A stretch of 64,000 nt of DNA from Candidatus Beckwithbacteria bacterium GW2011_GWC1_49_16 (GTDB lineage: Bacteria; Patescibacteriota; Microgenomatia; UBA1400; CG1-02-47-37), in contig CP011210.1 in NCBI GenBank assembly GCA_001029675.1, forward strand, positions 64,193 through 128,192, in the 5' to 3' direction. The notes beneath the pieces were generated by a model. The model had not been told where the DNA came from and did no database searches. It was given only the letters and a program-made list of their open reading frames with translations. The position numbers and the translations under genes are program-made. Positions 33,762 to 43,712 of the stretch are shown one piece after another (position 1 is the first letter of the stretch; the number at the start of each line of letters is the position of its first letter).

Positions 33762-35654
33762 ATGGCAAAACAGGCTAGAAAACCACAAACTCCTCATGAA
33801 ATGGAACGCTTGCGGCAGGCTTTGGAAAAGCAGGCAGGCGGTCCGGTGAAGATGTTTAAGTTTAATCCCAAGAGGATGTTCATTTGGGTGATCGTGGGGT
33901 TTTTGTTGTTGTCGTTTTTCTTTTCTTTTTCCGGGCCGGTGCCGAGCCAAAAGGTATCTTTGTCCCAGCTTTTATCGGACATCAAGCAGGAAAGAATAGA
34001 TAAGATTGACGTTGAAGAAGAGCGCCTGGTGGTTAAATACAAGGATAGGGAGGAGTTGGTAGAGTCGAGAAAAGAGGTCCAGGAGAACTTTACCCAAATT
34101 TTGGACCAAGCCGGGATTGACCCGGCGGCGGTCAATTACGAAGTCAAAGACCAATCGGCGGCCAAGGCCATGAGCAACATTTTGGAGATCTTGCTGCCGG
34201 TGGTGTTGACAGGCTTGATTTTCCTGTTTATTTTTCGTCAAGCTCGGGGGGCCCAAGACGGCCTGTTTTCTTTTGGCCGGTCCCGGGCCAAGGTGTTTGT
34301 CAAAGGCAAGCAGGATGTGACCTTTAAGGACGTGGCCGGGGTGGAGGAGGCCAAAAAAGAGCTGGAAGAGATTGTCGATTTTTTGAAGCACTCGAAGAAA
34401 TACCGAGCGATGGGGGCGCGAACTCCCAAGGGGGTGATTTTGGTGGGGCCGTCTGGTGTGGGCAAGACGTTACTAGCCCGCGCCGTAGCCGGGGAGGCCA
34501 ACGTGCCCTTTTTCAGTATGGCCGGGTCGGAGTTTATGGAAATGTTAGTAGGGGTCGGGGCGTCTAGGGTTCGGGACCTGTTTGACACTGCCAAAAAACA
34601 AGCGCCGTCGATTATTTTTATCGACGAGATTGACGCTATCGGCAGGCAGCGCTCTCGGGGTTTTGCCGGCGGGCACGACGAAAGGGAGCAGACCTTAAAC
34701 CAGATTTTGGTGGAGATGGACGGCTTTACGCCCAACGATCAGGTGATGGTCATGGCCGCTACCAACCGAGGCGACCTCCTTGACCCGGCGCTGATTCGGC
34801 CGGGCCGGTTTGACCGGCGAGTGATTTTGGACATGCCGGACATTGAGGGAAGAAAGCGGATCAGCAAGATCCACGCCCGGGGCAAGCCGTTTACCGACGA
34901 CGTCAACTGGGACAAGGTGGCTAAAAGAACGGTAGGTTTTTCCGGAGCGGACATTGAAAATATGCTCAACGAGGCGGCGATTCTGGCTGCCAGAAATGAA
35001 AAAAAAGCCATTGGCATGGAGGAGCTCGAAGAAGCGGCTTTGAAGGTGAAGCTGGGGCCGGAGAAGAAGTTGAAACAAAGCAAAGAGGATTTGAGAATGA
35101 CGGCCTATCACGAAGCCGGACACGCGGTGGTATCCTACTACTTACCCAAGATGGATCCGGTGCACCGGATCAGCATTGTCTCACGCGGCGGGGCCTTGGG
35201 GCACACCTTGATTCCGCCCAAAATCGACCGCTACACCGAAACCCGGTCGCATTTAGTGGCCCAGATTACCTCGCTTTTGGGGGGCAGGGCGGCGGAAAAG
35301 CTGACTTTTAACGAATTGACCGGCGGGGCGGCCAGCGATATTACCCGGGCGACAGAGCTGGCCCGGGCCATGGTGGTGAGAATGGGCATGAGCGACTTGG
35401 GGCCGATCAACTTGGGGCCAGGGGTAGACATTGCCGAATTGGGTATGGCTTGGTACGAACCCAACCGGGTGTCGGAGGAACTTTTGGCCAAAGCCGACGA
35501 GGAGATTAAAAAGATAGTCTCTCACTGCGCCGATGAGGCAGTGCGTATCCTAACCAAAAACAAAGATAAACTAAAGCTGGTAGCAGAAACACTACTCAAA
35601 AAGGAAACCGTGGAAGCGGAAGAGTTTGAGAGTTTGATGGCTGCCAAGGGCTGA
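33762..35654 (+). CDS. ftsH: ATP-dependent zinc metalloprotease FtsH
   Basis: Two TM helices; [21 protein letters not shown] and HEAGH. Confidence 0.97.
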   Translation: MAKQARKPQTPHEMERLRQALEKQAGGPVKMFKFNPKRMFIWVIVGFLLLSFFFSFSGPVPSQKVSLSQLLSDIKQERIDKIDVEEERLVVKYKDREELVESRKEVQENFTQILDQAGIDPAAVNYEVKDQSAAKAMSNILEILLPVVLTGLIFLFIFRQARGAQDGLFSFGRSRAKVFVKGKQDVTFKDVAGVEEAKKELEEIVDFLKHSKKYRAMGARTPKGVILVGPSGVGKTLLARAVAGEANVPFFSMAGSEFMEMLVGVGASRVRDLFDTAKKQAPSIIFIDEIDAIGRQRSRGFAGGHDEREQTLNQILVEMDGFTPNDQVMVMAATNRGDLLDPALIRPGRFDRRVILDMPDIEGRKRISKIHARGKPFTDDVNWDKVAKRTVGFSGADIENMLNEAAILAARNEKKAIGMEELEEAALKVKLGPEKKLKQSKEDLRMTAYHEAGHAVVSYYLPKMDPVHRISIVSRGGALGHTLIPPKIDRYTETRSHLVAQITSLLGGRAAEKLTFNELTGGAASDITRATELARAMVVRMGMSDLGPINLGPGVDIAELGMAWYEPNRVSEELLAKADEEIKKIVSHCADEAVRILTKNKDKLKLVAETLLKKETVEAEEFESLMAAKG

Positions 35655-35675
35655 TCTTATAATATTAGATAACTT

Positions 35676-35701
35676 AAACCTGCCGAGAGGGCAGGTTTTT
35701 T
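35676..35701 (+). terminator. Intrinsic terminator after ftsH
   Basis: AAACCTGCC-GAGAG-GGCAGGTTT with T-run. Confidence 0.8.
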
Positions 35702-35706
35702 AAAAT

Positions 35707-36273
35707 ATGGCCTTAGTTGAAGAAGGGATTCAGCACTATTTCGACACAGCTCTACCGACTCAAAAGCCAGAGAGGGTGGCGGGGATGATTTTGGAGTTTG
35801 AAAAAGAGGGTTGTGTTGAAGTTAGGCCATTTAAGAAAGATGAGCGATTGGCCGGTCTACAAAATAGGGTTTTTGTGGTTTGTTGTCCAGGAGTGGAAGT
35901 GAAAATGGTTGGTTTGGAGGAAACGCCTGAAGAACACCAAGAATTGTATAAAGTTGAAGGTTTGGGATATCCGGTTTTTCCTGAAGAAAAGGCGATTCAT
36001 TTAGTGTCTAGGGTGGATGGTGAAGCGAGGCGAGGTTTGAGCTTTATGGTAAGCGGCGAGTACATTGACGGCAGTTGTAATGCGCGAATGATAAGAAGGG
36101 CGGGAGAAGGGGTGGTTAACAGAACGGTGGAGGTGAAAAGGAATGAGGTGTTAGCGGTGGTGGCGACAGAGGAGTCCTTGACCATTAAAGTGGCAACAAA
36201 AAATGAGTTGGCGGGGTTGGGTCTAAAATTGCCATCAAGGTGGCGGCGGTTTCAGGGGAGAATGGTACAATAA
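35707..36273 (+). CDS. Hypothetical protein
   Basis: 188-aa ORF filling the gap; no recognised motif. Confidence 0.6.
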   Translation: MALVEEGIQHYFDTALPTQKPERVAGMILEFEKEGCVEVRPFKKDERLAGLQNRVFVVCCPGVEVKMVGLEETPEEHQELYKVEGLGYPVFPEEKAIHLVSRVDGEARRGLSFMVSGEYIDGSCNARMIRRAGEGVVNRTVEVKRNEVLAVVATEESLTIKVATKNELAGLGLKLPSRWRRFQGRMVQ

Positions 36274-36277
36274 CCTC

Positions 36278-37207
36278 ATGAAAAGGCGATTGGTGTTGAT
36301 CGATGGGCACGCGATTGTGTTTCGAGCTTATTACGCTTACCCGGCGTCTTTGACCACCCCTGAAGGAGAACAAATCAACGCGGTTTATGGCTTCGCCAGC
36401 ATACTTTTATCGGTGGTGAGGGAGCTAGCGCCGACCCATATTGCGGTCGCTTTTGACCTGGATAAGCCGACTTTTAGGCACATCGACTACGCGGGTTACA
36501 AAGCCCAACGGCCGGAAGTAGACGTGGAGTTGACGAACCAGCTTGATCGGGTTAGAGAAGTGGTTGAGGTGTTGAGCATGCCGATTTTTCAGGTGGAAGG
36601 TTTCGAAGCCGACGACGTCATTGGCACATTGGCTCGCCAGGCCGCAGATGGGGGGGAAGTAATAATTGTTACCGGCGATCAAGACGCGATGCAGTTGGTG
36701 GACGATAGTGTCAGGGTGTGGTTGCCCAAGAGAGGTAAACAGGAGGCGAAACTTTACGGGGTAGAGGAGGTAAAGCAAAAGTTTGAGCTGACGCCGGAGC
36801 AGATTGTCGACCTTAAGGCTTTAGCCGGAGACGCGTCGGATAATATTCCGGGAGTCCGCGGCATCGGGCCCAAGACGGCCACGACGCTTTTAAACAAGTT
36901 TTTGACGGTAGAAAGATTGTATGACGCCATCCGCTCCAAAAACCTACCAGCCGTGTCGGCAGCGGTGATTAAAAAACTGGCTGACGGTTACGAGGAGGCA
37001 GTCAGAAGCAAAAAATTGGCGGCGATTGTGACCGACGTGCCGATTAAATTATCCTGGGATAAGTGCCGGATACATGAGTATGATAAGGCCAAGGCGGTAA
37101 AACTGTTTAATAAATTTGGGTTTAAGTCTTTGGTTAACAAGTTGCCCAACGATGAGAAGGAAGAGGAGTTAACTCAAGTGTTTGAAGTGGGGTTGTTTGA
37201 GAAATGA
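36278..37207 (+). CDS. Stand-alone 5'-3' exonuclease/flap endonuclease (PolA N-terminal domain)
   Basis: LIDGHAIVFRAYY, TFRH, YKAQR, EADDVIGTLA, TGDQD and GDASDNIPGVRGIGPKTA. Confidence 0.93.
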   Translation: MKRRLVLIDGHAIVFRAYYAYPASLTTPEGEQINAVYGFASILLSVVRELAPTHIAVAFDLDKPTFRHIDYAGYKAQRPEVDVELTNQLDRVREVVEVLSMPIFQVEGFEADDVIGTLARQAADGGEVIIVTGDQDAMQLVDDSVRVWLPKRGKQEAKLYGVEEVKQKFELTPEQIVDLKALAGDASDNIPGVRGIGPKTATTLLNKFLTVERLYDAIRSKNLPAVSAAVIKKLADGYEEAVRSKKLAAIVTDVPIKLSWDKCRIHEYDKAKAVKLFNKFGFKSLVNKLPNDEKEEELTQVFEVGLFEK

Positions 37208-38337
37208 AGCTAGCTTTGATCCACGATTATTTGAATGAGTTTGGCGGGGCAGAGAGGGTGCTTTTGGCTTTGTCAGAAATTTGGCCCCGGGCACCGATCT
37301 ACACTGCTTTTTACAAAAAGGGCTCGCCGGCGTGGCAGAGGTTTAAAGATAAAGACGTGAGAGTTAGCTTTGCGCAAAAGATTCCATTTTTTCCCGGCAA
37401 GCTTCATTCGCCGTTAAGGTTTTTGGCGCCAAAGATCTGGGGGAGCGTGGCACAGGAGCTTAAAGATTATGACGTGGTGATTTCTTCTGCTAGCTGGTAT
37501 GTGACTAAGGGTTTTGGTGTCCCGATTGAAATTTGTTACTGCCACACGCCGCCGCGGTGGCTTTATGGTTATCCGACTTCGGTGGAGTGGCAAAAGTATT
37601 GGCCGGTTAAAGTTTACGGTCTGGTGGTGGGCCATTTTATGCGGCTTTATGATTATGAAGCAGCCCAAAAGGTGACTTACTTTATCGCCAACAGCGACAA
37701 TGTTAAAAAAAGAATCGCCAAGTTTTATCGGAGAGATAGTCAGGTTATCTATCCACCGGTTGATTTAGGCAGCAGCAATCAGCTCCTAGCTTCTAGCAGA
37801 AAAAAAGACTACTACTTAGTGGTTTCCAGGATCGTGGGCGGAAAAGGTCTTCAGTTGGCGGTAAAAACGGCGGTCAAGCACGGGCTTAAACTTAAAGTGG
37901 TGGGCGAGGCGGCAGGTTGGGGCAGGGAGTTTGAGCGGCTACAAAAGGGGGTCTCTCGACAAGCTCGAGATAAAATTAAGTTTATGGGGCGAGTTGACGA
38001 CGAGAAACTGGTTAAGCTTTACTCGCAAGCCAAGGCCTTTCTGGCGTTGGCGACCGACGAGGATTTTGGCATGACGCCGGTGGAGGCGATGGCATGCGGT
38101 ACGGGAGTGGTGGCTTACAACGGCGGGGGCTACCGGGAGACAATTTTGCCGGGCAAAACAGGAGTGCTGTTTGATAATTACTCGGTTGAAGGTTTATGGC
38201 AGGCGCTCAAGCGCTTCAATAATTTAAATTATCTTAGTGTCAGAAAAAACTGCCTTGACCAAGCCAGAAAGTTTAGTAAAGCCCGGTTTAAGAGAGAGAT
38301 GAAAGAGTTTGTTGAGGAAAAAGTCAAGAAAGCCTGA
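37204..38337 (+). CDS. Glycosyltransferase family 4
   Basis: HDYLNEFGGAERVL, YCHTPPR and EDFGMTPVEAMACG. Confidence 0.92.
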   Translation: MKLALIHDYLNEFGGAERVLLALSEIWPRAPIYTAFYKKGSPAWQRFKDKDVRVSFAQKIPFFPGKLHSPLRFLAPKIWGSVAQELKDYDVVISSASWYVTKGFGVPIEICYCHTPPRWLYGYPTSVEWQKYWPVKVYGLVVGHFMRLYDYEAAQKVTYFIANSDNVKKRIAKFYRRDSQVIYPPVDLGSSNQLLASSRKKDYYLVVSRIVGGKGLQLAVKTAVKHGLKLKVVGEAAGWGREFERLQKGVSRQARDKIKFMGRVDDEKLVKLYSQAKAFLALATDEDFGMTPVEAMACGTGVVAYNGGGYRETILPGKTGVLFDNYSVEGLWQALKRFNNLNYLSVRKNCLDQARKFSKARFKREMKEFVEEKVKKA

Positions 38338-38350
38338 TAGAATAGGACGC

Positions 38351-39310
38351 ATGCCTTCCAAGATAGTTCTTGAGGTGAATAACCTGACTAAGGTGTTTGA
38401 CGGCGGCTTTTCTTTTCGAAAAATGAAACGAAACGAGCCGACGCTGGCCGTTTACAAGGTTTCTTTCAAGATTCATGAAGGCGAGATTGTGGGGCTTTTG
38501 GGCCCGAACGGAGCCGGTAAAACTACCACGATCCAAATGCTTTTAGGGACGACAGCGGAAACGGCCGGGACGATAAAATACTTTGGAAAAAACGTTAAAA
38601 AAAATCGACCAGAATTGATGCAGCAGGTGAATTACTCCTCGGCCTATGCCAAGCTGCCGTGGCTGACGGTGTTTGAGAACTTGATGGTGTTTGCCAAGCT
38701 GTATCAAGTGGAAAAACCGGAAGAGAGGATTGAAATGTTGTTAAGCGAATTTGGCATGTCGGAATACAAGCACAAAATTGCTAATGCGTTAAGCGCCGGG
38801 CAGTTGACCCGGGTGCTACTAGCTAAAGCGTTTATCAACTTTCCCAGGATACTGCTTTTGGACGAGCCGACCGCCAGCCTTGATCCTGATATTGCCGACA
38901 GCGTCAGAAAATTTTTGTTAAAGCAGCAGCAAAAGTATGGAGTAGCGATGCTGTTTACTTCGCACAACATGGCCGAGGTAGCGGAAGTGTGTGACCGGGT
39001 GATCTTTTTGAGAAAAGGCAAGATCGTTGCCGAGGATACGCCTGATGGTTTGGCTAAAACAGTTAAAAACTGCACTTTAAGGTTGTGGGTGGGAGATGGT
39101 TTGAAGCGGCTTAAGGCCTTTGCCCAAGGCAGAGGCTATCCGGTTAAAGTCAGCGGCAGGGAGGCGGAAGTGGTAATCAAGGAAGACGAGGTAGCGGCGT
39201 TTTTAAACAAGTTGGCCAGACACAATATTAAGTATTCAAAAATCAGCATCGACAAGCCGACTTTAGAAGATTACTTTATTGCTCAAAGCGGGAGGGAAAA
39301 TGAGTCTTAA
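38351..39310 (+). CDS. ABC transporter ATP-binding protein (ABC-2 exporter)
   Basis: GPNGAGKT, LSAGQ, LLLDEPT and TSH. Confidence 0.93.
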   Translation: MPSKIVLEVNNLTKVFDGGFSFRKMKRNEPTLAVYKVSFKIHEGEIVGLLGPNGAGKTTTIQMLLGTTAETAGTIKYFGKNVKKNRPELMQQVNYSSAYAKLPWLTVFENLMVFAKLYQVEKPEERIEMLLSEFGMSEYKHKIANALSAGQLTRVLLAKAFINFPRILLLDEPTASLDPDIADSVRKFLLKQQQKYGVAMLFTSHNMAEVAEVCDRVIFLRKGKIVAEDTPDGLAKTVKNCTLRLWVGDGLKRLKAFAQGRGYPVKVSGREAEVVIKEDEVAAFLNKLARHNIKYSKISIDKPTLEDYFIAQSGRENES

Positions 39311-40082
39311 TCGGGTCAAGGCGATTTGGTGGCGTCACGCTTACGATTTAAAACATAATGTGGGTAGGCTGTTTGATACTTTCTACTGGCCGGCCTTGGA
39401 TATTGTTTTGTGGGGGATGACCAGTGTTTACTTTCAGCAGAAGGCGGCAACAGCTGACATAGTTTTGGTGTTGTTATCCGGGTTAGTGTTTTGGCAGGTG
39501 ATCTGGCGGAGTCAGTATGAAGTGACGGTCAACTTACTCGAAGAGCTTTGGTCGCATAACTTAGTAAACGTGTTGGCGACTCCACTGACAATTTATGAAT
39601 GGGTAGTGGCGGTAATTTGTTTAGGGTTTATAAGAATGTTTTTTGCCATTGGTTTTGGTTTGGCATTGGTGTACTGGTTGTATGGGGTAAATATTTTACA
39701 GGTGGGCTGGATGATGGTGCCGTTTGTGGCGCTACTTTTAATGAGCGGCTGGTATATTGGTTTGGTAGCTGCCGGAGTAATTCTAAGATTTGGGATGAGA
39801 ATTGAGGTCATTGCTTGGTCGGGGGTGTCTTTGTTGGCGCCGTTTTCGGCGATTTACTATCCGGTAAGCACGCTGCCAGAATGGGGGCAGAGGATTGCCG
39901 CTTGGGTGCCCGCCAGTTATGTTTTTGAAGGTATGAGGGTGGTTTTGAGTCGGGGTCAAATTGACCAAGCGATGTTGTTGAAAAGCTTGGGGTTGACGGT
40001 GATCTATTTAGTCTTGGGGCTGGGCTTTTTTTGGTTGATGTATCAGCAAAGGAGAAAGCTGGGCGTGTCCAGCCTGGAGTAG
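39300..40082 (+). CDS. ABC-2 type permease
   Basis: About 6 TM helices; FSAIYYPVSTLPEW...P.SYVFEGMR. Confidence 0.9.
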   Translation: MSLNRVKAIWWRHAYDLKHNVGRLFDTFYWPALDIVLWGMTSVYFQQKAATADIVLVLLSGLVFWQVIWRSQYEVTVNLLEELWSHNLVNVLATPLTIYEWVVAVICLGFIRMFFAIGFGLALVYWLYGVNILQVGWMMVPFVALLLMSGWYIGLVAAGVILRFGMRIEVIAWSGVSLLAPFSAIYYPVSTLPEWGQRIAAWVPASYVFEGMRVVLSRGQIDQAMLLKSLGLTVIYLVLGLGFFWLMYQQRRKLGVSSLE

Positions 40083-40084
40083 TT

Positions 40085-40963
40085 ATGCCGGAACTACCTG
40101 AGGTAGAAACCATACGCCGTCAACTGCAGAAAGTTTTGGTGGGGCAGGCGATAAAAAAGATAACGGTGAGAAGGGCCAAAAGCTGGCAGGGAGATAAACA
40201 GGCGGTGGCGGGCAAGAAGATTTTAGGGGTGGAAAGAAAAGCTAAGATGTTTGTTATTAAGCTTTCCGGAGGAATGAACTTGTGGATTCACCTGAAAATG
40301 ACGGGGCAGCTGGTTTACACCAGCAAACCCGAAGCTCGAAACCCGAAACCCGAAACAAGAATTGCCGGCGGCCACCCGACTGCGGACTGGGTGAGTAAGC
40401 TTCCCAGCAAACACACCCGAGTGGTTTTAGGGCTTTCCCGCGGCCGGCTTTTCTTTAACGACATGAGAGTGTTTGGTTGGGTTAAGACGGTGAGTGATAA
40501 AAAGCTTAAGGCGGAGCTTGATAAACTACCGCCGGATGTGATTGATAAGGAAGCCACTGCAGAGTATCTAAAAAAAATTCTGGCGTCTTCCCGGAGGGCG
40601 GTGAAACTGGTGATCTGCGACCAGGCAAAACTGGGCGGAGTGGGCAACATTTATGCCAATGATGCCTTATTCTGCGCCGGCATAGATCCGAGAAGGCAGG
40701 CACAGAAAATAACCAATTCACAATTTACAATTTTCAAACTTCATAAATGCTTAAGAAAAGTGATAAATAACGGTATTAAATATGGCGGGGCCACAGCCAG
40801 CGACGAAAATTTTGTTAATGTGTCGGGAATGGGCGGGAAGTACCAAGAGCATTTTTTAGTCTACGAGCGGGCGGGAGAAAAATGTCGGCGGGATGGGGGG
40901 ATTATAAAAAAGATAAAACTGGGGGGTAGGGGGACATACTTTTGCCCCAAGTGTCAAAAATGA
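40085..40963 (+). CDS. mutM: Formamidopyrimidine-DNA glycosylase
   Basis: MPELPEVE, HLKMTG, GVGNIYA and zinc finger C..D...RGTYFCPKCQ. Confidence 0.95.
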   Translation: MPELPEVETIRRQLQKVLVGQAIKKITVRRAKSWQGDKQAVAGKKILGVERKAKMFVIKLSGGMNLWIHLKMTGQLVYTSKPEARNPKPETRIAGGHPTADWVSKLPSKHTRVVLGLSRGRLFFNDMRVFGWVKTVSDKKLKAELDKLPPDVIDKEATAEYLKKILASSRRAVKLVICDQAKLGGVGNIYANDALFCAGIDPRRQAQKITNSQFTIFKLHKCLRKVINNGIKYGGATASDENFVNVSGMGGKYQEHFLVYERAGEKCRRDGGIIKKIKLGGRGTYFCPKCQK

Positions 40964-41976
40964 TTTTAGCCAGTTTGCAACTAAAAAACTTCAGAAACTA
41001 CCGCAAGAAAATGGTGGTGCTAACAGATAACACCACCTTGATTGTCGGGGACAACGGCGCGGGCAAGACCAATATTTTGGAGGCGGTCTATCTTTTGGCC
41101 ACGGGCAAAAGTTTTCGGGCGACGCGGGAAGATCAAATGATTTTTTATGGCGAAAACTTAACCCGGGTAGTGGGGCAAGCCAGCGAAGAGTTGGAGATTA
41201 GGTTGACGGGCGGCCAGAAGCGATATCTGGTCAATGGAGTGGGTAAGAGGAGGATGGACTTTGTGGGCATTTTACGCTCTGTTTTGTTTCGACCGGAGGA
41301 CATCGAGTTGACTTTGGGGAGCCCGAAGATAAGGCGGGACTATTTGGACAGCGTTTTGGAGCAGACGGACAGGGAGTATCGCCGGTCTAATTTGTCTTAT
41401 CAAAAAGGCTTGAGGCAAAGGAATAAACTTTTGGAAAAGATTCGCGAGGGCGAGGGAGAAAGAAAACAGCTTATATTTTGGGACCAGATGTTGATTAAGA
41501 ATGGGGATATCGTGGCCGGCAAGCGCGAAGAATTTTTGGGATTTATCAGCGAGGGGTTGGCAAAGCGGGGGTTGGGGTTGAAGTTGGCATATGATAAGAG
41601 CGTGATTTCGGTTAGTAGACTGAAACAGTATGAAACTCAAGAAGTGGCGGCGGCGACCACTTTGGTGGGGCCGCACCGGGACGACTTTGGCTTTATCAGC
41701 CGTCGACCCGGCAAGGCAGAGAAGAATTTAAGCCTTTATGGATCGCGGGGGGAACAGCGGATAGCGGTATTTGCGGTTAAGCTCATTGAGCTTGAGTTTG
41801 TGGCCGAAAAGAGCGAGACAAGGCCGGTGCTTTTATTGGACGATATTTTTTCCGAGCTTGATGCCCGGCACCGCCAAGAAGTGGTCAAGCTGTTGGCCAA
41901 GCAACAGACCATCATTACTGCCACCGACGAAGCGATGCTACCGAAATCCGCCCACGCCGAAGTGGTGAGGTTATGA
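40960..41976 (+). CDS. recF: DNA replication and repair protein RecF
   Basis: NFRNY, GDNGAGKTNILEA, GPHRDD, SRGEQR and LLLDDIFSELD. Confidence 0.95.
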   Translation: MILASLQLKNFRNYRKKMVVLTDNTTLIVGDNGAGKTNILEAVYLLATGKSFRATREDQMIFYGENLTRVVGQASEELEIRLTGGQKRYLVNGVGKRRMDFVGILRSVLFRPEDIELTLGSPKIRRDYLDSVLEQTDREYRRSNLSYQKGLRQRNKLLEKIREGEGERKQLIFWDQMLIKNGDIVAGKREEFLGFISEGLAKRGLGLKLAYDKSVISVSRLKQYETQEVAAATTLVGPHRDDFGFISRRPGKAEKNLSLYGSRGEQRIAVFAVKLIELEFVAEKSETRPVLLLDDIFSELDARHRQEVVKLLAKQQTIITATDEAMLPKSAHAEVVRL

Positions 41977-42533
41977 GGCTGTTTGTCGGCTTGCCGCTAA
42001 GTGACGAGGCCAAGCGGGGGGTAGCCAAAATAATCAAAGATTTAAAACGGGGTCACTGGCCGGTGAGATGGGAAGATGAAGACAAGTGGCACTTTACAGC
42101 AGCCTTTTTAGGAGAAGTAGATAAGTTCGATCGGGTAGCCGCAGCGGTCAAAAGAGGCGTTGGCGAGATAAAACCGTTTGAAGTTGGTTTTAAGGGATTG
42201 GGTGCGTTTCCCTTTTTAGTGATCCCTAAAGTCATCTGGTTAGGCTTAAACGGCGACTTGAAAACCATGGCCCGGCTTTACAAGCAAGTGAGGGCGGAGT
42301 TGTCCGGGGCGGGGTTTGAGTTTGAGGAAAGATCGTTCATGCCCCACGTGACTATAGGCAGAGTTGGTAAAGAAGCTAAAAGAAAACAGCGGTTGGAACT
42401 GGGAAAGCTGGTGGCCAAAAAACTTCAGCTTAAAATCCCCCAACGTTGGCAGGTCGACAGAGTGGTGGTGTATGAGAGCAGGCTCTCGCCCAAAGGATCA
42501 AAGTATCAAGTGATCGAAGAAATTAACCTGTGA
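41973..42533 (+). CDS. thpR: RNA 2',3'-cyclic phosphodiesterase (2H family)
   Basis: MRLFVG, HFT and PHVTIGR motifs. Confidence 0.9.
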   Translation: MRLFVGLPLSDEAKRGVAKIIKDLKRGHWPVRWEDEDKWHFTAAFLGEVDKFDRVAAAVKRGVGEIKPFEVGFKGLGAFPFLVIPKVIWLGLNGDLKTMARLYKQVRAELSGAGFEFEERSFMPHVTIGRVGKEAKRKQRLELGKLVAKKLQLKIPQRWQVDRVVVYESRLSPKGSKYQVIEEINL

Positions 42534-42545
42534 TAGAATAGGAAC

Positions 42546-43712
42546 ATGCTAACCCGGGCGGTGAAGAAACTGACGCCGTCTGCCACTTTAGCCATTACCG
42601 CTCGCGCCAAACAGATGGCGGCCGAGGGAGATTGGGTGATAAGTTTTGCGGCGGGGCAACCCGATTTTGACACGCCAACCATAGTTAAAAACGCGGCCAA
42701 AACGGCACTCGATCAGGGTTTTACCAAGTACACCCCGAGTTCAGGAATTCCGGAATTAAAAGAAGCGATTGTTAGGAAACTCAAGCGGGATAACAAGCTT
42801 AGATACATTCCCGGTCAGGTAATAGTAGCCAACGGAGCCAAGCAGGCCTTATTTGAGGCGATCATGGCGTTGGCGGAGGCCGGCGACGAGGTGGTCATCC
42901 CGACGCCTTACTGGGTGAGTTATCCGGAGATGGTCAAGGCAAGTGGGGCCAAACCGGTGATCGTTAACACCGGGAGTGATTTTAGGTTGACGCCGGAAAG
43001 GTTGGCTCGCGTCCTAAACGGCAAGAGCCGGGCGTTGATTGTAAACGCCCCCAGCAACCCGACGGGAGTGATGTATGACAGGCGGGAATTGGCTGATCTC
43101 TCGCGGGTGGCTTTAAGATACAAAAAGCTCCGGGTGATTTCAGACGAGTGCTATGACCAGTTTTACTACGGCAAGGGAGCGCAAGTCAGTTTTGCCGCTT
43201 TGAGCCGTGAGGCTTACCGGCGGACGATAACGGTTAATTCGTTGTCGAAAAGCTTTTCCATGACCGGCTGGCGGATTGGCTACGCGGCCGGAGACGAGAA
43301 AGTGATTGCTGCCATGGGTGCGCTACAAAGCCACCTAACGGCCAACCCGACTTCATTTGCCCAAAAGGGGGCGGTGGTGGCGCTTGAAAAGGCCGGCGCT
43401 TTTACCAAAAAAATGCGGCGGGAGTTTGCCAGGCGGCGCTTGATGATGGTGGCGGGGTTAAACAAAATTGCCGGGCTTAAGGCGAGTCTTCCCGACGGAG
43501 CTTTTTATGTGATGGCCGACGTTAGCCAATTGACTAAAAGCAGCCTTGATTTTGCCGAGAAGCTTTTGGCAAAGCAAAAGGTGGCGGTGATTCCGGGGGC
43601 GCCCTTTGGCGCCGAGGGTTACATTCGCTTGAGTTTTGCTTGTAGTTTGGGGGATATTAAGGAAGGCCTAAAAAGGCTGACAAAGTTTATTGAAAAGGAA
43701 TATGGAAGTTAA
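42546..43712 (+). CDS. aspC: Class I PLP aminotransferase (aspartate aminotransferase-like)
   Basis: PSATLAI, GQPDF, PSNPTG, SDECY and SLSKSFSMTGWRIGY. Confidence 0.88.
   Translation: MLTRAVKKLTPSATLAITARAKQMAAEGDWVISFAAGQPDFDTPTIVKNAAKTALDQGFTKYTPSSGIPELKEAIVRKLKRDNKLRYIPGQVIVANGAKQALFEAIMALAEAGDEVVIPTPYWVSYPEMVKASGAKPVIVNTGSDFRLTPERLARVLNGKSRALIVNAPSNPTGVMYDRRELADLSRVALRYKKLRVISDECYDQFYYGKGAQVSFAALSREAYRRTITVNSLSKSFSMTGWRIGYAAGDEKVIAAMGALQSHLTANPTSFAQKGAVVALEKAGAFTKKMRREFARRRLMMVAGLNKIAGLKASLPDGAFYVMADVSQLTKSSLDFAEKLLAKQKVAVIPGAPFGAEGYIRLSFACSLGDIKEGLKRLTKFIEKEYGS

Noticed and set aside
36278-37207. Truncated or pseudogenised polA
   Set aside because: The 5'-3' exonuclease domain is complete with a clean stop coupled to the next gene. 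Stand-alone FEN-type genes and split polA are known.
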